Shown here: positions 12,501 to 27,500 of the stretch, piece by piece
Layout: each line of letters starts with the position of its first letter
Position numbering within the stretch: the first letter of the stretch is position 1
Source: Antedon mediterranea
Lineage: Eukaryota; Animalia; Echinodermata
DNA length: 64,000 bases
Direction: 5' to 3'
Assembly: GCF_964355755.1 (NCBI RefSeq)
Contig: NC_092677.1
Span: forward strand, 27,267,175 to 27,331,174
Made by a program: the position numbers and the translations under genes
Notes under the pieces: model-generated
The model's input: the letters and a program-made list of their open reading frames with translations, nothing else
The model's database searches: none
Told to the model about the DNA's origin: nothing

Positions 12501-15500
12501 AACTAACTATTCCACACTCAACTAACTATTCCATACTCAACTAACTATTCCATACTCAACTAACTATTCCATACTCAACTAACTATTCCACACTCAACTA
12601 ACTATTCCATACTCATATTTTCTGTTCACCAATCATAATTACAGTGGTTTTTATTACCGTATAATTTTAAAACAACCTATCCACATCTTAATAACGCAGT
12701 GGGGACACGTTTAACAGGGTTCAATTTTGTTAGTGTAAACACATGTTAGGATGTAAGCAGTGAAGTCATAGGGGCTGATATTCATGAGGGGTTTGTGGTG
12801 AATTTGTCAGAGTACCCTGGAGACAAAATAGCCTAACGTAGGCCTACCATGTACGTAATAAACCATTATTAGAAGCGGTCCGTGACAACCCGTCCAGAAA
12901 CGACATTCACTGCATAACTTTGTACAGTACAAAAATCAGATTGAACCTAAGAAAGTGTAAAAGTAAGAAACTTTAAGAGTTTAATATATTCTAATGAAAA
13001 CAAAATTGATATTTTGAGCAATTTGGAAAATTAAAATTTTAAACAAATATAAACATACGTCTCCACTCAAATGTTAACTGTAAATTTTTTTATTAAAATT
13101 AAAGATGAATTTTTTCTGACCCATACCCCTAAAGCAGAATATTTACAACTGTCGAAATGAAATAGAAAAATAAAAAATTGACCCCTCAGCTTTGGAAATG
13201 AACCAAACATGACTAGTTTCAATTAAAACGTGGCCATCCAGGAAAAAATGTGATGGCCATGTGTATCTGTATTACATTCATAATATAACGTGGTTGTGTG
13301 TCAGTTTACAAAGGTCAAATTTATGGGAAACGTGTCGGTGCCGAGTAGTCTGATTTGAAGAAATCGTAGGAAACTAGATTCGTCTTTTATCAGTGGTATT
13401 ACATTCAATCACCACGTTCTGTAATCACACACACAAATTATAATCTGATGAAAGAAACTATCTTTGCCCTAGAAAAGTTACCATCTATACTTGGACATTT
13501 TACAATTAATTAGGGAATAATTTTATAGATGTTGATGAAAAAGTTTAGTATAGGATTATTATTTTATTTTTTTATATTTTTTAATTTTATTATATAAGAT
13601 AAAATCTTTTTGTGTTTTAGTAGAGAAACAGCGAGACTCCGTTTTCGGACTTTTTTCTGTTGTCTTGGTCAATTTGTTTGGTTTATTAAACTTTTTCCTG
13701 GTTTATTTAACAATAACACTTTCTTACTTTTCACACTCGTGTTAAACAGCGCATAGAGACTATTTCTATTTTGCGCTATACCAATTTAAAACCCTTAACC
13801 ATTTTAAGACCTTTGACTTGGAGGTTGAACAATTTGCCTGGATAGTGATGATATAAAATTATAACTCGGTTTTAATGTAACTTTCAGTTTAAAATTGTCA
13901 TCAGGCAAACAGTAGCCCTATTTTTTCAACATTTAACTTCTGCGCTTTTTATTTTAACTAATGTAATTTTGTTTTTTCATTTATATTCAATTCAATTCAA
14001 AATTCTTTAATCACACACGGTCTGGATTAAAATGATCTTACAAAATATCACAATACACAGTACAATATAAGAAGAATCAAAGTTCAAGAATTTAAGAGTT
14101 GGATGGCCACTGGCAAAAACGAATTTATTTTCCTATTTGTTCTACATGCCGGGCATCGAAAGCGACGCCCATGAGACATAAGCTTCAAATCACTGAACAA
14201 GGCATTGTAATATATGTTATATGTGTGCAGAGAAACAATTAAAACAAATGAACAAGGTTGAAATTAACAGTAGGCCAACAGTTGCCATGTTTTATTCAAT
14301 ATTTAAATTTCGGGTTGAAATTGTCAGTAGTCAAGTTCGTTGAAAATGAGAAATGTAAACCGTTGTTCTACTACCTTGTGATTGCTTCTGGTATTTATTA
14401 ATTTAAATTTCAAGTGACAAAATGACATGTGGTGTCTGCTTCAGATTCATAAACAAATTTGCTCTTAATCCTTGGTGAGGTTTAAGTTGATAGATTACAA
14501 GTGAAGAGTGATCCTTCATGTCTATTTGTGGTTGTATCAATTAATATTCTGTATGATTAGTATTGTATCATTGAGATTTAAGTGTAGATTGATGTTTTGT
14601 CTATGTTTGTGATTTAAAAAACTAATTTTTGCTTTTGTTCGGTTTCCTTACCGTTACTTTGATCTGGTTGATGAGTGATGGCTTATATCTTGTCAACTGC
14701 CTAATCCAACCATATCAGCTGGAGGTACATCGTACATCTTAGCAATGAGATTAAACATGAGACAGACATTTAAGATGGGTTTAGTAAACATAGTCTATTG
14801 ACTCAACTGAAATTATAATTTATTTAATCATTTATTTTACTATAATTCTTTAAGATATTTTAATTATTGCCTATCAATCAGTACTGTACCACGCATTAAC
14901 AATCCTTGGCTGTAAAGGTCATGCCTAATTTAGAATAAATGTTTATGCATAATGATCTAAACTATATAATATATTTTAATTTTGTCTGTCTCTCAGTACT
15001 GTACCATGCAGCACTCCTTGAAGCTCATCCCTGCATAATGCACTTATAACATATAAATAGATAATTCCTGTCAATTGATTGGACGATTGTGGGTCAAATG
15101 ACATTCAATAGTACATACTATTTTGGTGAAATATGAAATTATATTTTCACTCAAGCTTCGCCTCATGAAAATAGAATTTCATCTTTTACAATGAAATTAT
15201 TTGTACCATTGCACTCATAGAAATGTATTATCTATTCACAATATCCCTTGTTATGATATTTTAAGAATTTTTAATAACTTAATTTGTTATTATCTATCTG
15301 TTTTTATCACTGTCAATTTTTATTTTTTTATTTTTATTTACCGTTTTAAGAATTACTGTATAAGATGTGTAAGTATAACGGAAAATGGACTTGATATACT
15401 TTTCCCATGAGTAACAACAAGCACTTATTTTTACCCCATGACTAGGAAAACCTGTGTGATTTGAACCCTAAAATATAACCACCAGGGAATAACATTGTCA

Positions 15501-18500
15501 AAAGATCAAGGCCCAAAAGCTGTCATGTTACACATTTTTATCTGGAAGTTACTGTGAGGTGAATTTTAATCCTACAACCTTGACGAATGTGTAATTTTAT
15601 GGCTTTGTAAATGCATCTGGAGTATGTAGTCACTTATTAAATGAGGCCTCTCTGAAAAAAAATAATTATACTGCTCAAACTTGAGCTTGTGGTCAGCCCT
15701 CTAACACTTCTCTAATATCGACTAAAGTATTTAGGCTATAAAAGGGAATTAACGTCTTTATCAGTTAAGAACTAAAGACCCGTTAAAAATATTCTATTAC
15801 AAAATGAAGAGGAGAAAACGGAACACAAAGTTGAAATTCATCAATATATTATTCAAGCGGATGAGTAGGTGACCTATATATGGTATGACTTGATGACTAT
15901 CAGAACCTGGCCCGTGTCATCCTACGGTTTGTGGGTCATTCTACACAAAAACTTTCATTTTCAAGGGTCATTAATTTTATTATCTTGCATCTCGTTAGCG
16001 TAGTTGTTGATTTCTGGTGATTATCAATGAATTGTGAAAGTTTCACTTAACGTAATGATCTTTAGATATAGCGTGTCTCCTGAGTACATTTAATGATAAG
16101 TAGGGAGGCTTCTGTGCTACACAACTGATAGTAGGAAATGGAATATACTTGGCGGCGATAACCTCTTTAATTCTTAATTACATAATATTAACCATCACGG
16201 AACACCTTCCTTTAAAAAGTAAAATAAAAAATCTATCTACAGCAACGTTTATCAATAAAACAGCAACATTTATCAATAAAACAGCAACGTTTGTCAATAA
16301 AACACCACAGTCTATCAATAAAACACCACAGTGTATCAAGAAAACACCACAGTCTATCAAGAAAACAACACAGTCTATCAAGAAAACAACACAGTCTAGC
16401 AAGAAAACAACACAGTCTATCAATAAAACACCACAGTCTATCAATAAAACACCACAGTCTATCAATAAAACACCACAGTCTATCAATAAAACACCACAGT
16501 CTATCAATAAGAAAACACCACAGTCTATCAATAATAAAACACCACAGTCTATCAATAATAAAACAACACAGTCTATTAATAAAACAACACAGTCTATCAA
16601 GAAAACACCACAGTCTATCAATAATAAAACACCACAGTCTATCAATATTAAAACAACACAGTCTATCAATATTAAAACAACACAGTCTATCAATAAAACA
16701 ACACAGTCTATCAAGAAAACACCACAGTCTATCAATAATAAAACACCACAGTCTATCAATAAAACACCACAGTCTATCAATATTAAAACACCACAGTCTA
16801 TCAATAAAACACCACAGTCTATCAAGAAAACACCACAGTCTATCAATAAAACAACACAGTCTATCAATAAAACACCACAGTCTATCAATATTAAAACAAC
16901 ACAGTCTATCAATAAAACACCACAGTCTATCAATAAAACACCGCAGTCTATCAATATTAAAACAACACAGTCTATCAATAAAACACCACAGTCTATCAAT
17001 AATAAAACAACACAGTCTATCAAGAAAACAACACAATCTATCAATATTAAAACAACACAGTCTATCAATAAAACACCACAGTCTATCAATAAAACACCAC
17101 AGTCTATCATTAAAACACCACGATGCCCAAGAATAATAGTACCCTTATCTAGCAACTTTGGTTGGCTTAGCTCCAAATACTATATAACCACCACTTCATA
17201 AAATAGTAGATTTGATCCTAAAATATTATTTTTCCATTAACAATTGTGCTTCCAAAATTGAATTAGTTACCAAAAGGTTGCATTTTAGTCACTTTTAAGA
17301 CAACAGTAGTTATTACTGACAGACATTGTTACAATAGGACACGTCGGCTTATCTCCTTGTCTTATTTATCGTTGACATATTTAACAGGTTTTCCCCGAAT
17401 CATACCATTTATTGAAAACAATAATTGCTATCCTATTATGATTCAACAGTTTTCTAAAACAGTATTTGTTTATTACAGTTTTTACTGTATGTCATCTTTT
17501 TTTATACAAGATTTTTATCATTTTTAAATGTTAGTATACTTGTCTTAGTATACCTTACAGCCACAGATAAATATAGAAGGGTTTTAGTTTGAGTGCACAT
17601 ACAGTACTGTAAAAGAACTGTCTTCCATTTTTAGTTTTACAATCACGTAAATATAAAAATGAAATATTTCTACATACTCGTCTTCCTTCCCTGCAGGACA
17701 TAATCTTATGATCCCTTTTTTCCTTAATTCTTCAGATAATTTAGATAAAATTAATTGATATGTTATATCCTGTCTTTAAATAAAAAATAAATGAAATCAG
17801 TTTACAAACAGGTTACTGGCATGTTTAGAACTAGTAATAAACTTAACCAGTTTACAAACAGGTTACTGGCATGTATAGAACTATTAATTAATTTAAACCA
17901 GTTTACAAACAGGTTACTGGCATGTATAGAACTAGTAATTAATTTAAACCAGTTTACAAACATTTTACTGGCATGTATAGAACTAGTAATTAATTTAAAC
18001 CAGTTTACAAACAGGTTACTGGCATGTTTAGAACTAGTAATTAATTTAAACCAGTTTACAAACAGGTTACTGGCATGTATAGAACTAGTAATTAATTTAA
18101 ACCAGTTTACAAACAGGTTACTGGCATGTTTAGAACTAGTAATTAATTTAAACCAGTTTACAAACATTTTACTGGCATGTATAGAACTAGTAATTAATTT
18201 AAACCAGTTTACAAACAGGTTACTGGCATGTATAGAACTAGTAATTAATTTAAACCAGTTTACAAACAGGTTACTGGCATGTATAAAACTAGTAATTAAT
18301 TTAAACCAGTTTACAAACAGGTTACTGGCATGTATAGAACTAGTAATTAATTTAAACCAGTTTACAAACAGGTTACTGGCATGTTTAGAACTAGTAATTA
18401 ATTTAAACCAGTTTACAAACATTTTACTGGCATGTATAGAACTAGTAATTAATTTAAACCAGTTTACAAACAGGTTACTGGCATGTATAGAACTAGTAAT

Positions 18501-21500
18501 TAATTTAAACCAGTTTACAAACAGGTTACTGGCATGTATAAAACTAGTAATTAATTTAAACCAGTTTACAAACAGGTTACTGGCATGTATAGAACTAGTA
18601 ATTAATTTAAACCAGTTTACAAACAGGTTACTGGCATGTATAGAACTAGTAATTAATTTAAACCAGTTTACAAACAGGTTACTGGCATGTATAGAACTAG
18701 TAATTAATTTAAACCAGTTTACAAACAGGTTACTGGCATGTATAAAACTAGTAATTAATTTAAATTAGATGTACTATAATCCTTTCACTATTCATTATTT
18801 GTTACATTGTAGTTGAAATTAATTTTAAACATATAAAACAAACAAGTTTCTACAGTAGCATGTTAATAGTTTGTGATTAATTTATAGACATCCGTTTAGT
18901 TTACGCTTATTTTATCTTTTTGGCAAAACTTGTTTTTACTTTTTAAATTTGACAACAACAAAACAAAATATGATCATAATTTGTGATTCATTAAATTGGG
19001 AGTATTGAATAATTTATGTTGAAAGTTCAAAAGGAGGACGGTGGAGATCCATTTTAATTTAGTTAAATCATATCCATGGATCTGAACCGGAAAAAAAGGA
19101 ACACAAGCTATGTGTCATATCAATAATACAGGGTGTCCTTAAAGGTATTACGAATCCCATATGGAAATATATAGAGCTATATTATTTAAATTATGGCAAG
19201 TGAGTCGAGTTAATTATTAAAGACTAGCTTGTTATCTATATAAGATCATAGATGTATAAACGTTATTAGAGAGCTATGTAAAGGTGGATAAATATTATTA
19301 TTTAAATTGGAGAGTTGAGTTAATTATAGAGGTAATTATAAAAGCCTCTAGAATTACCTGTAATATATACAGGTAGTTAGTATAATGTGAGTGTAAGTTC
19401 ATAGAGGTTGATATAAAACATTGAAAATATAAAATGTAGAGTGGATTAATTAAACTGTTTTGAAGCTCACCTTTTTAAACACGAGACCAGCAGCAAAAAT
19501 GTAAAACATGTTTTTCTTTTACCTGATTGTGTAAATCCTGGATAAATGATGAGGCTTAATTAGTCTAGCTTATAATTGGTTTTTCTCTTTTTGTGGAAAA
19601 CATAAGGAAACACGAATATAAACAATTCTGCAAAACTATAGCATCATGCTGTTAGATGAATCAAAATAACTTTTTTAATGTGTCTTCATTCGTTAGAATT
19701 CTGCGACAGATTAATTCTCAAAATAATTCCTAAAGTACATGATCCTAATAAGATTGAATCATTATGATCCGAGTTTCATGATTTATAATTGATTTATTTC
19801 TTTTTATAATCATTTTCCTGTCTCGTGGGGTCGTGCGTAGCATCATCTTTATCCTTTCAAACGTTGACCCATCATTTTAATATGGTATCTTGTCATATTT
19901 GATTATTTTTGAGTGTGTAGATTCTTCTTGGTTGGTTGGTTTGAGTCTGTTTCAGTCACCATGTCTCGGAGTTCTCTCCAAGTTTTGTATACCATTTATG
20001 TTTTTTGAACTTGTTAATTATAGTATAAATTGTTGTTGTCTATTTATATTAAGTAATTTGCTAATAATAATATGATATTTAAAACAAATATTTTTGAGAT
20101 ATGGAATCAATGAATAATAACGGTCTCTGTTTATGTTAAAACATTATAGGTTAGTAATAAACCAGAATTATTTTTATGCCCAATTAAGTGATAATGTCTT
20201 ATAACATAAGGTTCAATTTATTTAAACTGTTCATTATCTTGTTTGATTTGATGATTTCTGTTAAGCTCTGTCTACACTATCAAACTTTATGTGACAAACA
20301 AAAATGTGATGTGCTCATATCTGGACATGATGATGTCATATCACTACCATATTTTGGCACATCACACTAGTTTGATAGTGTAGAAAGAGATTAAAGATGT
20401 GTAGATCACATTATATCTGCCTTTTTAATTATATCTATATTTATTTCTCATATTTTTTGCAGGTGCTAAACATTACTGGTAATGAGGACATCTGCTATTA
20501 CAACTTTCTATGTGCTAATCCAGCTGGAGTTATCAGGTAAGAAGTGGATACCATATTGGCACCTTCCTAGAGGCTACATTAAATAAGTAATATGAACCAA
20601 TATATAACCCTTAACTTGCCAAAAGATTCGAAAGTCGACATAAGCCAGATGTGTACACTGGATCTCCAGTCCTTTGTCTTCTATCAGAACCATACAGTAG
20701 TCAAGCATAGCCTGAACCTATGCTGATTTGGTGGCAAACAAAACATTCACGTTCAATTTGATTTTCTGGCACCAAACCGGAACCGCACCGGAAGGGGTGT
20801 GAAAGACCGTTTAACCCACTCAATTGATTCGAATGATACCAACTTGATAAATGATTTATTTTATTCTGACTTGTTTCTTTTGTTTATTGCAGTGCTTTCA
20901 ACAACGTGTTTAGCAATATAGGATATATGATGTTGGGCGGCTTGTTTCTGCTTCTTGTCTACAGAAAGGAATATCTTTACAAAAAAGAACTAGCATTGGG
21001 AAATAGGAGATCAGAGGTTTGAAGTGAAACAAATCTATAATCATATCTTTTTTTTTATCAAGAAATAAGATATAAATGTCTTTTTAATAGGGCTTAACAC
21101 TTTTCAATACAACATTTAATGATAAAAGGGAGATCAACGTATCAACACATACAAAATTGTAAATCCAAAGAGATTAAGTGGGATTTAGTTAATCTGCATG
21201 ACTTGAGCCATGTATGCAAAATGTATGTATGAGTTCAACTCACAGTTGATTCTCCAACATTCAATGTCTATCATCAATGTACAACCAACATGTAAAATTC
21301 GTTCTTTATTTCAGAAATGTGGAATTCCTAAACACTTTGGTCTTTTTTATGCTCTTGGAATCTCATTATTCATGGAAGGTGTTTTAAGTGCTTGCTACCA
21401 TGTTTGTCCTAATTATTCCAATTTTCAATTTGGTAAGTTATTTTTTGTCATGATGTGATAAATAAATGTTTTTCCTCTTAAAAACAAATTAAATAGCCTG

Positions 21501-24500
21501 AAAAATACATTAAAAGAAGCTGTTTTTGATTCAATTTTTCCCCATCAAACCAAATGGAATAACCTGTAACACATTAAAATAAATTATTACATAATGAATA
21601 GCTTGATAAAAAGCATGAAATAGCCATAAATGCATTTCTGAGTACATCAACAAATCTTTACCTGAATATACCCAAACTAACTAGGCCTACACTGTACAGT
21701 GACCTATGTAGATAAACTTTAAAAATCACAATTTAGTCACTGTAAACTCTATCTAGTGTATAGTACATTAATCTTTATACAAATATATGTACACTATTTA
21801 ACCTTTAGTTGACTTGAAGCCAACTTTGTAACAGAAACTAGCAGCAACACTTAATAGTGATATTTTATTATCTGACTGTCCAGATAATACATACAACAAG
21901 TGGTTTATTTATACATTTTATTTGATATTTGTAGTATGAAATGTTTTGAGTTTCGAGTAGTATTCTTGAAAAAAAAATCAATTGTGCAGTGGTTTCTTAA
22001 TAATTTTTTCAGTTGACGTGATAACCTTGGGTGGAAATTTATCCAGAAAGCCAAAAGGTTCATCTTTGTAACACATTACTTTCATTTCCTCTCGATATAA
22101 TTCCCTATCTCAAAATCTTTTTTAAGATGACAGAATTTTTTGTATGAAGAAAACCAGATAATTGGTAGATGTTCCTTTTGATTTTAAATCTTTAACCCTG
22201 AAAATCTTAACAGAAAATTGGCTTTCAAAAAGCTTTTATCAATTTAAGGTACGCTTTTTATCACAATATATTTGAGAGATTTAAAGTAAACCCTGCTTAA
22301 AATCCAAAATTGAATACTGAAAATTTGGTGTACAAGTTTTGGCAAAAAATGGTTGGAAATATCACTAATGATAATTTCTGCAAATAACAAATATCTTTAT
22401 TCTGCTAAGGGGGAGGGAGGGGGTGGTGAGTGAAGAAAGCGGCCAAAAGTTTCACTGACTAGGTGTGTCACTCCAACACTAAAGGCAAAACTTTGGATTA
22501 AAATTAAATACAAATATAACATATAATAATAATATCAAATAAAATATCAGAATTAGATCATAATGATGATGAAAAACAAACCTACTGAAAAAGTGATTTA
22601 CATTGAAGGTTGTATTGTATCTAAAAATAGCTTGCTTGAAAAAAGTCTGAGATATACATCGAAGTTTAAGAAAATCAATATTAAATGTTATATTGCCAAG
22701 GAAAGCTGTTAACAGGACAGATAATGTTAACTTTAGATATCTGCTTTATTTGTTATTGAAAAGATATTCCTAATTGCATACAATTTTTTTATTGCGTACG
22801 TGCAACCACGCCGTCAAACACACACGTACAAATTATGACAGACGACATCAGCAGGGAGCATGCCTTGCCTTGATTTGATATCAGACATTAAGAACATTCG
22901 TACACCACTTTAAATAGGAAATGGACAGGCATCTGTATCAGATAGATACGTACGTTAACGCCACTTGTGCCACATCTTTAAGGAATTTATTTATTTTACC
23001 AAGACGTTTAGCCAGATGTTTTTAATTACAAACTGGAAATTGTTAATGTAATGAATGCATCTCGTATCGTCTTTATGTCTAATGATTTAGATCTAAAGTC
23101 ATACAATTATTATTATACAACTTTGCAATGAATAAAGTATGTGAGATTGTTAGTCTGCAGTCTCAGAAGTTAACCAACTATGCATGTATAATAAAGATAG
23201 TATTTATGTTAATCAATATACCTAATCAAATTGAACAATTATTAGTAATGAATTAATACTTAAAATCAAAATAGCATTGGTACAGTACTAATAAGGGCTG
23301 AGGGAATTATGTATACCACTGTGTATTATGACTAAGCATGTTCTTAAAGCATGTGTGCTATCAGTAGAAGCTTGGTTTTAGTTTGGAGGATAAGTGTTTG
23401 GTTCCTAAAACTACATGGCTATGTCACACATACACACTTATCAATATACAGTAGAACCATCCTATTCAGTGAACATTCCTAATCGGGGGACACACAAAGG
23501 AGAATTCTCATGGAAAAAAAACAGGAACAATATAGGTTTTAGCACTACTGCCAACTCCTGTTAAGGGGGACACTTTGTAGCGTCTCCGAATATCTCCCTT
23601 CTATTCTGAATTTGTTTTCAATTTAGAGGGAAACTGTGTTCCTTAGTTTATGCTATTTTTTTATATCTCAAGAAGTTGAATCTGGTCAGTTCATTTAAAT
23701 AAATGTGTAGGTTTTGCTACAAAATAGATAAAAAAAGGACAGTCTCTATTTGATGACATCCAAAATGAACCAATGTTCAGATTTCACGGATTTCAAACAA
23801 ATTCATGTGAGATATTTATGCAAGGTTGACTCGATAAATAATTAAAATGACCCAGGCAGATCAATGATTATCCAATGTAATTAAAGTGACAGAAACACGC
23901 AACTAAGAGGAGCCATAATAAGTTGAACGACAATTGATAAATTACAACAGCACAGGGTATTGATTTAGACTTAATTGAAGAAATGTCAATAACATGAACT
24001 TAATTGTATCAAAAAGAAACTTGAAAAAAATCTTCAATAAGTGTACCTCTGTCGTATATTATTAGATTAACTTGATTAGTTTTGATTGGGCGAGAGTAGT
24101 TGGATTTTGTTTACATTGTAAGGCATAACATTGCAACAATGTACTTTTTATAAAAAAAAAGGGCTTTACCTACTGCACACCTCTTCAGCAGAATGACCCA
24201 TTTCAATTGAATTAACTGGCTGTAGATAGTAGAGCGGTGTAAATGGTTACTCTACTTTTCTTCCCTTTTTACTTATCTTAGGATATTGTATGGATCATTT
24301 TTGTGTGTAAAGAAGAAACATTGTATTAGTGGAGACTACAATTATTATTATTAATATTAGAACATTGAAAAAGTATATAATGAAAAAATTAACTTTTATC
24401 AGAAAAAAAAAATATGCCTTCAAACCAAGGATGTAATTGTGGTAGACATGATTACCCTGCCTGTTCTGTACCGAGTCTAACACTTAATTTATAATAGCCT

Positions 24501-27500
24501 CCCACCTAGCCTAAAGTTACAAGAGCACACACCCAACAGAATTATTGGCACCCATTCCTGAACTGCTTCTTCAGACTGCAATAAAAACAGTATAAAACCT
24601 GATTTATTGAGAATCAAGGAGAACGTCTTAAAATGATAATTTATGCAGCCAACGTGACTCTGGTGGAAATTACCAAAAATATAAATGACAGTTGAGGTAA
24701 TTGATAATTTAACTGGTGATCTTTTGCCTAATTAATGGCTTTATTTAGGTCAAGTGTCCACTTCTGTGAGTCCTGTTGAAATAATTATATAAATTGTGAT
24801 GAGGCTGATAAGATAGTGGCCTATATTGAAATCAAGTGATGAGGCTAATAAGATAGTGGCCTATATTGAAATCAAGTGACTTTAAATTGGAGATATATAC
24901 ATATATTATACATTTTGGAAACATGCCGAATGTTTTGCAATTTTTGAAGTAGTTTTATCAGCTGCTGCTTTTATGAGTTTTTTAAGAAGTATTTCCAACT
25001 TTTGTAAATCTTTGATTGACACCGAAGTGTTTAAGGTGATGTTGTGAATAGTGTTGCAGAACTTTCGACAGCATAGTAAAAAAATTATTAATATTATCAT
25101 TATTTTATTTTTTTTTTACTATTTATCATTTAAACTTATTTATTGCTGAACTAATCACTAGGTTATTTCAATAGCGATGTCAATTAAAACATTGGTTGAT
25201 TGTTTATTTCTTTTTGTCTTGTATATAGATACTTCTTTTATGTATATAATAGCTGGTCTGGGCATGCTCAAACTGTACCAGCAGCGTCATCCTGACATTA
25301 ATGCTAATGCATACGCTTCCTACGCCTGTTTCGCTGGTGTCATTTTCATTGCGGTTCTAGGAGTCGTAAGTATTGTCATTTTTTTTTAAATAGATATTTT
25401 GACTTGTCCTCCGTCAAATTATGGCTCATGTTTCTGTGATATTAATAATTTGTAAAGCTCTGTCTACACTATCAAACTAGTTTGACAAAGTGTGATTTGC
25501 CCAAATACGGTGGTGATATGTCATTGTGTCTATATATGGGCACATCACTTCACATAAAGTTTGATAGTGTGGACAGAGCTTAAGACAGACTTCTTCACCA
25601 AATGTACTCAAGGTGCAAGTTCCCATAAATATTACCATCATTCTTTAGAAATTATGCAAAAAAAAGTAATTTGTGGAAACTTTGATGATTTAATCAACAT
25701 AATAAGCATTGACCCTAACATCCATTAGCCATTAACATAAATATAAACTACATTTGATTTGATCATAATGAGATTAGTTTGTAATTCCTGCATGATTGTA
25801 TAGCCTTGTGGTTGTTTCTCCAGTGTATACTATCCAGTATGTTAGGTACAGCTGTTTGATTTGATACGCAGATTATAAAGATAAAAGGAAAGCAATGGAC
25901 ATTCCCCACTATCGCAGCATCTCACGATGTCCCATGACCTTGATGTGAATTAAAACAATTTCAGTCATGAAAATTGATGTTTGCTTTTTCGTTTAAAAAA
26001 AGCCAGGTGACGTGAAAAATGGCTTGTGTTATAGTAAAGCTTGGTTGCCACTAGCAAGGACTTAAGCCACAACGCAAGCGAATTGACCAATCACAAAGCG
26101 ACGGTTGGACTAAACCATCGCTTTTGATTGGTCATTCACTTGCATTGCTGCATCCTATTGAGAACCAAGCTTATATTATATGGGATGTAACAAGAGGTTA
26201 AAAACAGACTAGGAAAAGATGTGTTACTTTTTAATACAGAGGCAAGTAACAATATGACTCTTGTTATATTGTACTGTGTTTGTGATATTTTGTATATTTT
26301 TGTAAGATCATGGGATGTAACAAGAGGTTAAAAACAGACTAGGAAAAGATGTGTTACTTTTTAATACAGAGGCAAGTAACAATATGACTCTTGTTATATT
26401 GTACTGTGTTTGTGATATTTTGTATATTTTTGTAAGATCATTTTAATCCAGACCTTTTTATTTGAATGCCCCGTGTGGGATGATTAAATTTAGAATTGAA
26501 TATATTATAAAAGTTTGTAAGCCAGCCGATTAGTATATCAATTATTAACACTTTGTAAAATTAACCCTGTTACTTGAAAACATTGACTTGTCTGGACAAT
26601 CTTTCTTTCTTCGTTCCTCTTGACGATTCCCTTCTTTCTTTCCGTCTTCCTGTGGGATTGTTCAAACAATGGCATCCAATTTGTTGGACGTTATGCCTGA
26701 ATGACGCAGGTTGTTTTAATTGGTTAAACTAAGTTCAACATGTGATTATAATTGAACCAGTATGTTTGTCTAGGGTCAGTAGTAATGTACAGTTATAGAG
26801 GAATGAATAAGCACAATAATTATATTATAATAATATGCATTATTTAATTTCAAGTAACAGTTCAGTTCTGTTCATTTAGCCTTCTCATTTTTATGTAAGC
26901 TGAGGTATAGCACAATGATGATGTCTGTACCAACATATAAGACTCTCTTTGGTCCCAAATATCAATCATCGTAGAAACATTTAACATTAGCAACTACTGT
27001 ATCTGTACACTCTATTCAAGGATCTTATATATGTTCAAATTTATTATAAATTCTGGATAGTTTTTCTTCATTTAATTTATTATATTTAGTTCAAATCTTG
27101 ACAAGTTAGAACTAAATTTGAGAACCTACCTTTTATTAACCACTACATGGAAAGTTGTATCTTCAGATTGAAAGAATAATCTTTAAAGAAGAAGAAACAA
27201 CCCATTCAGACCGTAAGCAATTCTGGTTATCAGTGCATTAAATGCTGTATTGAACGCTCTATTGAACTTGTGACCTCACCTCACAGTACCATCTAGTTTC
27301 ACTTGTGCGTTATTCATCATCAACCCATTACAATCCATCATCATGTTAGTTGTTAGGGTCTTTCCGTATGTATGCCAAATTATGCCTTTAACAATTTAAA
27401 TCATGAAATATAAAAGTTTGAACTTTATTTGAACAATGAAATTCTTTCTGTCCTTGATTGCACTTGTGCATCAATTATCAAAGTTTTATTTATATTAAGG

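Noticed and set aside
16149-17201. Four long overlapping ORFs (267-350 aa)
   Set aside because: Products of a 21/24-bp minisatellite, open on both strands, with no domain content.
17791-18768. 325-aa and 206-aa ORFs, superficially LRR/HEAT-like
   Set aside because: Translation of a 51-bp tandem repeat with near-identical DNA units; no gene context found.
26585-26700. Minus-strand purine-rich exon-like patch
   Set aside because: Does not splice coherently with other exons; more like a decayed RTE-type LINE end, but too weak to call.
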